64,000 nt of DNA from Methanobacteriota archaeon (GCA_043799545.1 JAZDNO010000027.1:39175-103174), one strand, 5' to 3'; positions 21,014-29,590 are shown, numbered from the stretch's first letter. The notes: generated from the letters alone by a model not told the origin. Numbers and translations: made by a program.

Positions 21014-21724
21014 ATGACCAAATGCTCGAAGTGCGGTTCTGATATGACATTTTACGAACCGGCGAAGGACTGGTACTGCTACGGATGCAATGCGTACTCC
21101 CGTTACAACATTCCGTATGGAGTCCCGGTCGACTCCGTCTCGAAGCGCTCCATCCTTAGGGTCATGGCGCTCATCGTCGGGCTCCTCGGCATAATATCTA
21201 TTTTGCTCTTCCTATTCGGGCTGGGCCAGATCAACCAGGCGATGATCCATTATGATTATGATTACTACTACGACGATTCTAACAGGGTTGAAGCCATGCT
21301 CAAGGGGACGATGAACATAGGGATCGCGACTGGGCTCCTTATCGTCTCCTACATTGGGATGCGGAGCACTCTATCAAAGAAATCGTGGTGGGAGAGGATG
21401 CACAAGTACGTGGACACCTCCGGCAACGACCCATGGGCGAACGTGATGATTAAAAACCAGCTCGTTGAGATTTTCCAGGTCTACTACGGAGTTATTATAA
21501 TGAGCGGTGTCGTATTTCTTGGCATTGGCATCTTTTTCCTCAACATGTTCGATACGGGCGGGCTATACGCCGTCGCAGGCTTGGAGGCCATGCTAGGGGC
21601 GTTTCTGATTCTGACAAGTTACATTGCGTACGGAAAGGAGATGGTGCGCCTATCTAGAGATGTATATCCCCTGCTCATGAGCCAGACGGAGCCTGCGCCA
21701 TCCGAGACAAAATTTAAAAGTTAG
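21014..21724 (+). CDS. Hypothetical membrane protein with N-terminal zinc ribbon
   Basis: CSKC...WYCYGC followed by 4 hydrophobic segments. Confidence 0.7.
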   Translation: MTKCSKCGSDMTFYEPAKDWYCYGCNAYSRYNIPYGVPVDSVSKRSILRVMALIVGLLGIISILLFLFGLGQINQAMIHYDYDYYYDDSNRVEAMLKGTMNIGIATGLLIVSYIGMRSTLSKKSWWERMHKYVDTSGNDPWANVMIKNQLVEIFQVYYGVIIMSGVVFLGIGIFFLNMFDTGGLYAVAGLEAMLGAFLILTSYIAYGKEMVRLSRDVYPLLMSQTEPAPSETKFKS

Positions 21725-21778
21725 TCGGCATATATTTATCCTAACCATGCTATCCCTCGGACGGGGTGCCTCTAGCCA

Positions 21779-23083
21779 ATGGCCGACAAGCGCGAGCGGT
21801 GGTTCTACTCGTACCTCCCGACGAACATGGCGGGCGGGTGCTTCGATTCGCTTTTGCCAATATTCGTCGTGCTGGCGCTGAACGGCTCGGTCGCGGATGT
21901 CTCGATGATTTCCGTCGGCGCTTCGGCCGCATCGGTGCCGGCGCTCATCTTCTGGGGCGCGGCGACGGACTCGTTCAAGTGGCGCAAGCACTTCCTCGTG
22001 GCGGGGTTCCTTGGAAGAACGATTGCATACATCGCCATGGGGCTTTCGGTGGATGTTGGCCATCTGCTCTTTGCGAACATACTCATGGGCCTCCTCTCGG
22101 CGGCAAGCGGGCCAGCGATGACCATACTCGTCTTCGAGATGTTCTCGAAGGACAAGTGGGCAGAAAAGACAGGCCTGTTCAACAAAATAGCTGGAGTGGG
22201 CTACATCGCCGGTATCGCCTTCGGGACCGTATGGCTGGCGTTCGTGCCGCAGTGGATGGGCATCGCGGTGGCGCTGCGCGCCCTGTTCATAGTAAACGCG
22301 GTCATGGCGCTCGTCGGGGCCTGGCTGGCATTCACCCTCGTCATCGAGCCGGAGCAGAAGCATTCGAGGGACGATTTCCACGAGCATGTGGTCCAGCTCA
22401 TGCGGTGGTCGGTCGAACGTACGAGGTACTTGCCGGGCAAGATGTTCAGGTGGTTCAGGCTGTCGCACGCCAGGGTCGCTTACAACCAAAAAGGCGACGG
22501 GCATTTCGGCAGCTTCCTCGCCTCGACATTCATATACACCATAGGCGCGGTCTCGTTCTTCACAATAATGCCAGTATACCTGCTCAAAGAGGTCCATGTT
22601 GACAAAACGTATGTATTCGCGCTGAGCTTCATCCAGGTCTTGGCGTCGACCGTGCTGTTTTCCAGGTTCGGTAAAATACTGGACCGGGTGGATAAGACGA
22701 AGGCCTTGCTCTACGCCAAGCTTTCCCGGTTGGGGCTGTTCGTCTCGTACGCCGTGGCAGCCCCCATCGCGATATGGAATCCATTGGCCGCAATCACCGT
22801 ACTGATTGTCATTCACCTGCTCTTGGGCGTGTCGTGGGCGGTCATAGGCGACACGCAACTGCCCATAGCGGTCGGCTCGGGGCCGGATGAGAACAAGGGC
22901 GCACTGGCGGGGACTTTCAACGCGACGGTCGGGCTGGGAGCCATCGCAGGCGGGGCTTTCGGAGGCATAGTTGCCACGATTCTGGGCTTCGAGCTTTCGA
23001 TAATTGCAAGCGCGGCGCTGGTTGGACTGAGCGCCGCTGTGCTATATGCTACCATGCCAGAAAATAAATCCCCGGCCGCGTAA
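21779..23083 (+). CDS. MFS transporter
   Basis: About 12 TM; WGAATDSFKWRK and FGKILDRVDK motif-A copies. Confidence 0.88.
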   Translation: MADKRERWFYSYLPTNMAGGCFDSLLPIFVVLALNGSVADVSMISVGASAASVPALIFWGAATDSFKWRKHFLVAGFLGRTIAYIAMGLSVDVGHLLFANILMGLLSAASGPAMTILVFEMFSKDKWAEKTGLFNKIAGVGYIAGIAFGTVWLAFVPQWMGIAVALRALFIVNAVMALVGAWLAFTLVIEPEQKHSRDDFHEHVVQLMRWSVERTRYLPGKMFRWFRLSHARVAYNQKGDGHFGSFLASTFIYTIGAVSFFTIMPVYLLKEVHVDKTYVFALSFIQVLASTVLFSRFGKILDRVDKTKALLYAKLSRLGLFVSYAVAAPIAIWNPLAAITVLIVIHLLLGVSWAVIGDTQLPIAVGSGPDENKGALAGTFNATVGLGAIAGGAFGGIVATILGFELSIIASAALVGLSAAVLYATMPENKSPAA

Positions 23084-23089
23084 AACTTC

Positions 23090-24217
23090 TCACTTCTTGT
23101 TCAATTCGTCTTTCGTCAAAGCCTCTTTGTCCGGGGACTTTGGCATGAGGCCTTTTGACCGAACGTAGGCGAACACGAAATATGTGGCGATCACAGTCGA
23201 AGCCACGATGACGAAAATGATGACCTCCCAGGGCAGCAGGTCTGCGACCTTTCCGATTCCGAAGATTGTGGCGAGCGTGTTGGGCACCGCCACGGCGGTT
23301 GCCGCCACGGCCAGCCATCCCGCCAGGAGAGCCAGCTTGTTGTTCAGCAGCTGCAGCTGGTTGTTGTAAATCTGGAGCTGGTTGTTGTAAATAGTCTGCA
23401 AGACCCCCAGGCCCGATGCAAGGACCTCGGAGACGTGCTCCCCCAGCGCGAGGTTGCGGTTCACGTCCTCGACCAGTATGCTCATCTTGTCCAGAATTTT
23501 CGGGTTGTCGGTGATGACGTCGGCGTCCCCGTAGCGGAGCGAGTGGAGGACGTCCAGCGACGCCCACAGGGCGCCGAGGTAATCGACGAGCGCCTGCTTG
23601 ATGTTGTGCATCTTCTCGCCCAGCTCGTCGGCCCTGCCCTGGGTGTCCACGAGATACTGGCTGAAGCGCTCCCCCTCCTCCTCTATCGCGCGGAGCCCGT
23701 CGAAGTTCTTCTCGTTGTTCTCGTCGAGAATCCGGATGAGCATTATCGTCAAGCGGTCCGTGACGGTCTGGCTCTCCTTGAACTTCTTCATCATGCCTTC
23801 GGCGTACCTGGAAAACCGCACGAAGCGCTTGACCTCGCACGGGTGGATTGTGAGTATCAGGTTCTTGCGGACAAACACCAGCAACGGAAAGAGCTTCACC
23901 TCCCAGCCGGTCACGCGGACAGCGGGAAGGAGCATGCCCAGCTCCGAGTCCTGGTCCAGGTACTCTGATTTGCCGGCCTCGAGTATCTTGTCGACGAGCT
24001 CCCTGGGGAAACCGAATCCCACGGCAATCTCCGGCGCCGTCGCCTTGACATCGGTCAGAGTGACGTTGACCCAGGTGACGTTGGATTTCTCAACGACCAC
24101 CCTGCAATCCTTAAGCTGCGCGATGTCGTAGGTCTGCCTTGCGACCGCCCCGCCTGGAAAGACCGAGATGCAGGCGATGTTCTTCTCGCCGTTTGCGACC
24201 GGCTCGCAGGAGTTCAT
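23090..24217 (-). CDS. CorA-like divalent cation transporter
   Basis: Large soluble alpha/beta domain (LILTIH), long stalk helices, two C-terminal TMs with PNTLATIFGIG where GMN is expected. Confidence 0.75.
   Translation of the reverse strand: MNSCEPVANGEKNIACISVFPGGAVARQTYDIAQLKDCRVVVEKSNVTWVNVTLTDVKATAPEIAVGFGFPRELVDKILEAGKSEYLDQDSELGMLLPAVRVTGWEVKLFPLLVFVRKNLILTIHPCEVKRFVRFSRYAEGMMKKFKESQTVTDRLTIMLIRILDENNEKNFDGLRAIEEEGERFSQYLVDTQGRADELGEKMHNIKQALVDYLGALWASLDVLHSLRYGDADVITDNPKILDKMSILVEDVNRNLALGEHVSEVLASGLGVLQTIYNNQLQIYNNQLQLLNNKLALLAGWLAVAATAVAVPNTLATIFGIGKVADLLPWEVIIFVIVASTVIATYFVFAYVRSKGLMPKSPDKEALTKDELNKK
23351..23392. repeat. 21-bp in-frame tandem duplication (IYNNQLQ x2) in the CorA-like gene
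   Basis: CTGCAGCTGGTTGTTGTAAAT (23351-23371) and CTGGAGCTGGTTGTTGTAAAT (23372-23392), 1 mismatch. Confidence 0.9.
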
Positions 24218-24259
24218 CGCGCCCGCATCAACTAGACTCTATAAATAATGGTCAGATGC

Positions 24260-25486
24260 TCACAGCACCCGGCTGCGCGGCGCGATGTATCCAGACACCA
24301 GCGCCCCCGGTCCGACGTAGCTCTCCTCCCCTATTATCGACCCCACATCGAACGAGGCGTTTATTCCAGTCTTGACGTCGTCGCCCATTATCACGCCGAG
24401 CTTTCGGAGCCCGGTGTCGACCCTCTCGCCTTTCAAAGTGACCTTGATGTTCGACCCGTCGAGCCTCAGGTTCGCCACCTTCGTGCCGGCCCCAAGGTTG
24501 CACCGATGGCCTATGACGCTGTCCCCAACGTAGTTCAGGTGAGGCACGTGGCTGCCGGCCATGACTATCGTGTTCTTCACCTCGCAGCCGTTGCCGACCT
24601 TGCAGCCGTCGCCGACGTAGGTGCTCGGCCGGATGAAGCAGTTCGGCCCTATGTCGCATCCTTCGCCGATTATGACCGGCCCGAGTATGTAGGCCCCGTT
24701 CCTCACGACCGAGCCCTTGCCCACCGACACCGGGCCCTTGAGGGTCGCGCGCTCCTCGACATCGCCCTCGACCTTCGGGACCATGCCCTTCATCAGGATG
24801 TGGTTGGCCCTCAGCAGGTCCCACGGCCTTCCGACATCGATCCACTCCTCGGACGAAACGAACGTTGCCACTCCTCCGGCGCCGGCCATCATTTCAAGCG
24901 AGTCGGTCAGCTCGTACTCGCCCCTGGACGAAAGCCCCGTCTTCGATATGGCTCCGAAGACCTCCGGCTTGAAATAATACGCCCCCGCGTTGACGAGGTC
25001 GCTCGGCGGAACCTTCGGTTTCTCGTGGATTTTCTTCACCATTCCGTTCTCGACCTCTACCACGCCGAATTGGCTTGGGTTCGGCACCCTAGTCAGGGTC
25101 ATCGCCGATTTTCCAGACTGGACGGCGGCATCGATGAGGCCGCGGATTGTCTTCGCCGACACCAGGATATCTCCGTTCAGGGCGACGAAATCCTCCTTCA
25201 TGACGTCGCGCACCATTCCGATCGCGTGCGCCGTTCCGAGGCGCTTCTCCTGCTCGACGTACCGGAGCCTGACGCCCATGCGCCCGCCGTCCCCCAGAAG
25301 TTCGCGTATCTCGCGACCGCCCCAGCCGGTGAGTATGCAGATTTCCTCGATGCCGTTCTCCTTCATCGCCTGAATGGAGTGCTCCAGGAACGGCTTTCCA
25401 GCCACCGGGAGCAGAGCCTTCGAAGTGTTGGCCGTCAGAGGCCTCATGCGCGTCCCGTCTCCAGCGGCCATTATGTATCCCTTCAT
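24260..25486 (-). CDS. glmU: Bifunctional sugar-1-phosphate nucleotidylyltransferase/acetyltransferase (archaeal GlmU)
   Basis: IMAAGDGTRMRPLT...K.LLPVAGKP, LGTAHA, SSRGEYELTD, hexapeptide repeats with HLNYVGDS. Confidence 0.93.
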   Translation of the reverse strand: MKGYIMAAGDGTRMRPLTANTSKALLPVAGKPFLEHSIQAMKENGIEEICILTGWGGREIRELLGDGGRMGVRLRYVEQEKRLGTAHAIGMVRDVMKEDFVALNGDILVSAKTIRGLIDAAVQSGKSAMTLTRVPNPSQFGVVEVENGMVKKIHEKPKVPPSDLVNAGAYYFKPEVFGAISKTGLSSRGEYELTDSLEMMAGAGGVATFVSSEEWIDVGRPWDLLRANHILMKGMVPKVEGDVEERATLKGPVSVGKGSVVRNGAYILGPVIIGEGCDIGPNCFIRPSTYVGDGCKVGNGCEVKNTIVMAGSHVPHLNYVGDSVIGHRCNLGAGTKVANLRLDGSNIKVTLKGERVDTGLRKLGVIMGDDVKTGINASFDVGSIIGEESYVGPGALVSGYIAPRSRVL

Positions 25487-26796
25487 GAAATCGCCTCCAT
25501 GACAGCGTCTTTCGCCAATTTGAACATCTCCTTTGCGGCCTTCTCCGTCCTGCCTTCTACGACAATCTTCACCTTGGGCTCAGTCCCCGACGGCCTCACG
25601 AGCATCCATCCGTCGGCGAATACCGCCCTCGCCCCGTCGAGCGTCTGCAGTTCGACAGGCTTCAGGCGCTCGAGCGCAGCAAGGATTTTCCCCTCCACCG
25701 TGGACCTTTTCGCCACATCGTATGGAATCCTCTCTTTCAACATCGGGTACCTGGGAACGCTCGCCGCCAGCTCCGAAAGCTTCGTATCGGATGCGAGCGC
25801 CACGAGCCTCGCAGCCGCGAATATCCCGTCGGGGCAGTATGTCTCGCGCGGGAATATGAACGTGCCCGAGGGCTCGCCACCGAACTCCGCACCGTGCTTC
25901 TTGATTGCCTCCGCCACGTAAACGTCCCCGACGCGGCAGCGGTGGACCCGCGCACCGTCCATGTACTCGTCAATGGCCATCGACGCGTCCACCGGAACGA
26001 CCAGAGATTTCTTTGCCTCGCGCTTGGCTATTATCGGCAGAAGCACATCTCCGTCGAGGAAGTTGCCCTTCTCGTCCACGGCAACGACCCTGTCGGCGTC
26101 GCCGTCGTGCGCCAAACCGAGCGCGGCGCCCGATGACAGCACGGCCTTCTTCAAAACGTCCAGCTTCTCCTCGAGCGGTTCCGAGCCGCGCCCGGGGAAT
26201 GCCCCGTCCGCATCGGCGTTCAGGGCTGTGACGTCGCAACCCATCTCCCGCAGGAGGTATGGGCTCAACACCGATGCCGCGCCGTTCCCGCAGTCGACCA
26301 CGACCCTTGCGCTAACCTGGCCGATTTTTGACACTATCGACTGGATGTGGTTGGATATCGGGTCGCTCAGCTCGCGCGAGCTCCCTATCCCCTTCCAGTC
26401 TGCCCTGGGGAAAACACCCTCCCCGAGCAACAGCTCGATCTCGTCCGATTGTGCCCTGTCGAACGCCATGCCGTCCGGGTTCCAGAGCTTGAAGCCGTTG
26501 TACTCGGGCGGGTTGTGCGAGGCTGTAACCATCACGCCCGCGTCAAAGGAGGAGACAGCCCTGGCCAGTGTCGGCGTCGGGACCATGCCGGCGAAGCCCA
26601 CTTCGCAGCCCGCGGACATCAGGCCCGATGCGACGGCGGAGGCGAGTATCGGCGACGTCGTTCGCACGTCCCAGCCGACGACCGCTCGTTTGGCCGTCGA
26701 ACCGATGGCCAATCCCAGCCTGGTGCCGAGCTCCGGAGTGATGTCCTGGCCGAAGATGCCCCTGATGCCTGACGAGCCGAAAAGTTTCCCGGGCAT
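25483..26796 (-). CDS. glmM: Phosphoglucosamine mutase
   Basis: LFGSSGIRG, TASHNP phosphoserine loop, HDGDADR, GGEPSG, RPSGTEPK; adjacent to glmU. Confidence 0.93.
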   Translation of the reverse strand: MPGKLFGSSGIRGIFGQDITPELGTRLGLAIGSTAKRAVVGWDVRTTSPILASAVASGLMSAGCEVGFAGMVPTPTLARAVSSFDAGVMVTASHNPPEYNGFKLWNPDGMAFDRAQSDEIELLLGEGVFPRADWKGIGSSRELSDPISNHIQSIVSKIGQVSARVVVDCGNGAASVLSPYLLREMGCDVTALNADADGAFPGRGSEPLEEKLDVLKKAVLSSGAALGLAHDGDADRVVAVDEKGNFLDGDVLLPIIAKREAKKSLVVPVDASMAIDEYMDGARVHRCRVGDVYVAEAIKKHGAEFGGEPSGTFIFPRETYCPDGIFAAARLVALASDTKLSELAASVPRYPMLKERIPYDVAKRSTVEGKILAALERLKPVELQTLDGARAVFADGWMLVRPSGTEPKVKIVVEGRTEKAAKEMFKLAKDAVMEAIS

Positions 26797-26917
26797 GCTG
26801 GAATAATCCCTGGTCGCATATAAAACACTTGCGAGAGTACACTATAAAAAGTTATTTTGACAAATTCGTATCGATATCCGGTAACAAAACGATTTGGAAA
26901 CCCAGGCAATCGGTAGT

Positions 26918-26925
26918 TTTATATA
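26918..26925 (+). promoter_or_regulatory. TATA box of the small basic protein gene
   Basis: TTTATATA about 80 nt upstream of ATG 27006. Confidence 0.55.
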
Positions 26926-27005
26926 GGGCTCCGAGCCATATAGGTCTGGCATCGTATTGGGGTGCGCTCTGGCGCAGTCCGGGATGCATAGTGGAGGAAT
27001 GTGAA

Positions 27006-27230
27006 ATGGTAATGGAACCGATAAGCGTGGACAAGGCCGTAGACATAGCGAAGAGGAAGGGACTGAAGCCGGGCCGCGTTAAGGGCACCGACGGAATCCA
27101 GTTTACGAAGGGCAGGAACTCGCGCCTCGAGATAATCGACTGGGACGAGTTCAAGACGACGCTCTCAAAGAGGAGACTCCAGGTCTTCGAGAGCGGCGGC
27201 TGGATGAAGATAATGAAGAAGGGCAAGTAA
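27006..27230 (+). CDS. Small basic conserved hypothetical protein (74 aa), candidate nucleic-acid-binding protein
   Basis: 3' part of ORF 26829..27230; GGAGG RBS at 26993-26997; K/R-rich; own TATA box and T-rich terminator. Confidence 0.8.
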   Translation: MVMEPISVDKAVDIAKRKGLKPGRVKGTDGIQFTKGRNSRLEIIDWDEFKTTLSKRRLQVFESGGWMKIMKKGK

Positions 27231-27242
27231 ATCCCAAATCCT

Positions 27243-27272
27243 CTTCCTTTTTCTATTTCTTTTTGTTTTTTA
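27243..27272 (+). terminator. Oligo-T archaeal terminator
   Basis: CTTCCTTTTTCTATTTCTTTTTGTTTTTT immediately after the stop at 27230. Confidence 0.7.
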
Positions 27273-27337
27273 ACATTCCAGCGTCTTCGCTCAATGTTAC
27301 GGTTTGCCTTGAACCTACGTACCCGCCGCGTTGCATT

Positions 27338-27355
27338 TCGGAAACCTTTATTATC
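27338..27355 (+). promoter_or_regulatory. BRE/TATA promoter of tRNA-Leu
   Basis: CGGAAACCTTTATTATCC about 30 nt upstream of tRNA start. Confidence 0.65.
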
Positions 27356-27380
27356 CCTCCCGCATTTGGCCCAACCCCGC

Positions 27381-27464
27381 GCGGGGATAGCTAAGCCTGG
27401 TCAACGGCGCTAGATTCAGGGTCTAGTCCTTAGTGGTTCACCGGTTCGAATCCGGTTCCCCGCA
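27381..27464 (+). tRNA. tRNA-Leu(CAG)
   Basis: Acceptor GCGGGGA/TCCCCGC, anticodon arm CTAGA-TTCAGGG-TCTAG, long variable arm, GGTTCGAATCC T-loop; no encoded CCA. Confidence 0.96.
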
Positions 27465-27585
27465 TTGATTTTTCATGGACGCAAAGGGGAACAGGAGAGG
27501 CCGAGCCCCCCAATTGTGCAGTGCTCGGCTGAATCCGGTTCCCCGCATGAATTTTTTATGATGCTAAGGGGAACCGGAGAGGACG
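27448..27585 (+). repeat. Imperfect ~55-bp direct repeat (83-bp period) starting with the tRNA-Leu 3' end; each copy is a hairpin
   Basis: GAATCCGGTTCCCCGCAT at 27448-27465 and 27531-27548, with similarity continuing to GGGGAAC(A/C)GGAGAGG. Confidence 0.85.
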
Positions 27586-27696
27586 TGTGGTATGAATAAT
27601 ACATCCGAACTGGGAGCACGTCCGAATCCTGGATTGCAAAGCAATCCAGTAGATTTGTTCTTGTTAGATGCAAGGCGACTAGACGGGGTTATGAGG

Positions 27697-27790
27697 TTAA
27701 AACACCAATTCCGCCACCATCACCACAGCCACCAGAACCACCAACGCGAGGAACGTCGCTGTTATCGTCCCTGATACCGACGGCATTCGC
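27697..27790 (-). pseudogene. Displaced 3' fragment of a TauE/SafE gene
   Basis: Minus strand translates ...TFLALVVLVAVVMVAELVF* versus ...AFLALTVLVAVVMVAELAL* in the intact gene at 29591; 26-nt exact identity 27710-27735 = 29604-29629. Confidence 0.85.
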
Positions 27791-27842
27791 CTTTAAAGAG
27801 TCCGACGGAAATCGGTCCTTGACCCAAAGGAAGGATGATAAC

Positions 27843-29375
27843 ATGTTCATAAAATCGAAGGTCCTGTTGACCCTTGTCATCACGCTCCTCATGCTGGTCG
27901 GAACCTCCCACATCGTGACGCAAAAGGTCATAATGGGCGAGTTCCTGCGGCAGGAGAGAGCGGACGCAATAACGGACGTAGACCGGGCGATTGCAGGAAT
28001 CGAGAATGCCGCCGACAAGGTAAATGGCTCCTGCAGGGATTGGGCGACGTGGGACGATACCTACCTCTTTATGAAAACCGGGAACGCTGAGTATATTGAG
28101 ACGAACCTAGATAATATCAACCCATTCGTCAACCTGCAAGTGAATATCTTCCTCATCCTCGGGTTTTCGAACGAAGTCGTCTTCGCAAAGGCGGTCGATT
28201 TGGAGCACGAAACCGTTACGGATTTCCCGGAGGGAGTGCTGTCTTCTTTCCTTTCGAGCCCGGCGGTCGCCAGCGGCTCCGAGATGCATGGTCTTCTAGC
28301 GGTCCCCGAAGGCGTGCTGCTCTTCGCCACAAACCCGATACTGCTCAGCAACGGAACCGGGCCGAGTGCGGGGACTTTCACCATGGCACGGTACTTAGAT
28401 GACGCCGAGGTCGCCCTGATTGCAGGGGTCTCGCACATATCCATAGAAGTCCACATACCCGACAACGGAAGCGCCTCACCGAACGTTCGCGATGCATGGG
28501 AAGAGCTGGCGGGAGAAGAACAGTATTACACCAATCCCGTAAACGGCAGTGTCATATCGGGATACGCACTGATGCGCGACGTTGACGGTCTTCCCGTATT
28601 GATGGTGGAGACCTTCACGCCCCGCGACACATCTCTCAGCGGTCGAGCGAGCATCTTCGTGTTCAACATCGCTTCCATCATCGGGGCCCTGTGCATCGTC
28701 GCCATATTGATGCTCATGCTTGAGAGACTTGTTCTGTCGCGGATGACACGACTCGGAAGGGAGGTCGGGCTACTGGGCAGCGGCAACTCGATTTCTACAA
28801 GGGTGAGCGTTGACGGCCATGACGAGATAACCGAGCTGTCAAAGAGAATAAACGCCATGCTTGCAAATATCGATGATTTCAAATCGTCCCTGACGAGAAC
28901 GAACGACGGTCTCAGGTCACAGGCTAGGCAGTCTAAAACCATAGGGCGTGCGCTCATCGGCGACATAGGGGCTGAGAGAGCTTCAGGCATCCTGTATGAG
29001 AGCGGATGGACTGTCGCGCTGGCGGAAGCAAAAGCGATGCGCGGGGAATATGCGGGAAACGATAACGGATTTGCGGAGAAATTCTTTGAGCGCAGCTCGG
29101 CCGCGCTCTCGCTGAAAGTCAGCCTTGATAAATTCGGGGCAGGGACCAGGATTAGAGTATCCCCGGCACTCGAAGGCGATACCAACGCCACGCTCGACGG
29201 TCCCGAGCTGGCGTACGCACACGGTTACATAGCAGCAGTCCTCTCGGTTGAGCTCGGAAAGCCGGTCGGGTTACGGCAATCCATCCCCGAAGTTACTCCG
29301 CCGCAAGGCGTCGCGTTCGTAGAGTATGTGACAAGAGAGCTTGAACCATACGAGCGCGAGGTATATCGCATATGA
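27843..29375 (+). CDS. Membrane sensor: TM-CHASE4-TM-HAMP plus C-terminal V4R-like domain
   Basis: DWATWDDTY CHASE4 signature; HAMP (LSRMTRL...DEITELSKRINAML); no H-box or HATPase motifs; start ATG 27843 (track TTG 27819). Confidence 0.85.
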   Translation: MFIKSKVLLTLVITLLMLVGTSHIVTQKVIMGEFLRQERADAITDVDRAIAGIENAADKVNGSCRDWATWDDTYLFMKTGNAEYIETNLDNINPFVNLQVNIFLILGFSNEVVFAKAVDLEHETVTDFPEGVLSSFLSSPAVASGSEMHGLLAVPEGVLLFATNPILLSNGTGPSAGTFTMARYLDDAEVALIAGVSHISIEVHIPDNGSASPNVRDAWEELAGEEQYYTNPVNGSVISGYALMRDVDGLPVLMVETFTPRDTSLSGRASIFVFNIASIIGALCIVAILMLMLERLVLSRMTRLGREVGLLGSGNSISTRVSVDGHDEITELSKRINAMLANIDDFKSSLTRTNDGLRSQARQSKTIGRALIGDIGAERASGILYESGWTVALAEAKAMRGEYAGNDNGFAEKFFERSSAALSLKVSLDKFGAGTRIRVSPALEGDTNATLDGPELAYAHGYIAAVLSVELGKPVGLRQSIPEVTPPQGVAFVEYVTRELEPYEREVYRI

Positions 29376-29454
29376 CACAATCCCGCACTCCATTATGACC
29401 CAGACGAAAATGTGAGTGTAAAAAAGCCGCCATCACCTTCCATTCCCACCCCCT

Positions 29455-29575
29455 TTTCTCGCCTCGCTGCGCTGAAACGCTTTCTTTGTTCCTCGCTGCG
29501 CTGGATGAGCCCTCACAAAGAAAGCCTTTGGAGCAAAGAAACTCGGGCTCATCCTGCTCGCTCGGCCTTTGTTTG
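29455..29575. repeat. Structured REP/MITE-like intergenic element
   Basis: CCTCGCTGCGCTG twice (29462, 29491); inverted repeats GCTTTCTTTGT/ACAAAGAAAGC (29479-29489/29515-29525) and GGATGAGCCC/GGGCTCATCC (29503-29512/29545-29554). Confidence 0.6.
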
Positions 29576-29590
29576 TTGGAGAATGCACTG

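Noticed and set aside
26829-27005. N-terminal extension of ORF 26829..27230, and similar 5' extensions of the glnA, priS, argF and ABC ORFs
   Set aside because: Extensions cover promoter and UTR sequence; downstream ATGs have RBS and family-typical N-termini
27448-27585. CRISPR-like array
   Set aside because: Only two copies, derived from the tRNA end, with no spacer series and no cas genes; no CRISPR array is seen anywhere in the window
27592-27774. His-rich small ORF (HHHHSHQNHQR)
   Set aside because: The His run is the antisense reading of the Val-rich tauE 3' fragment, not a real metal-binding peptide
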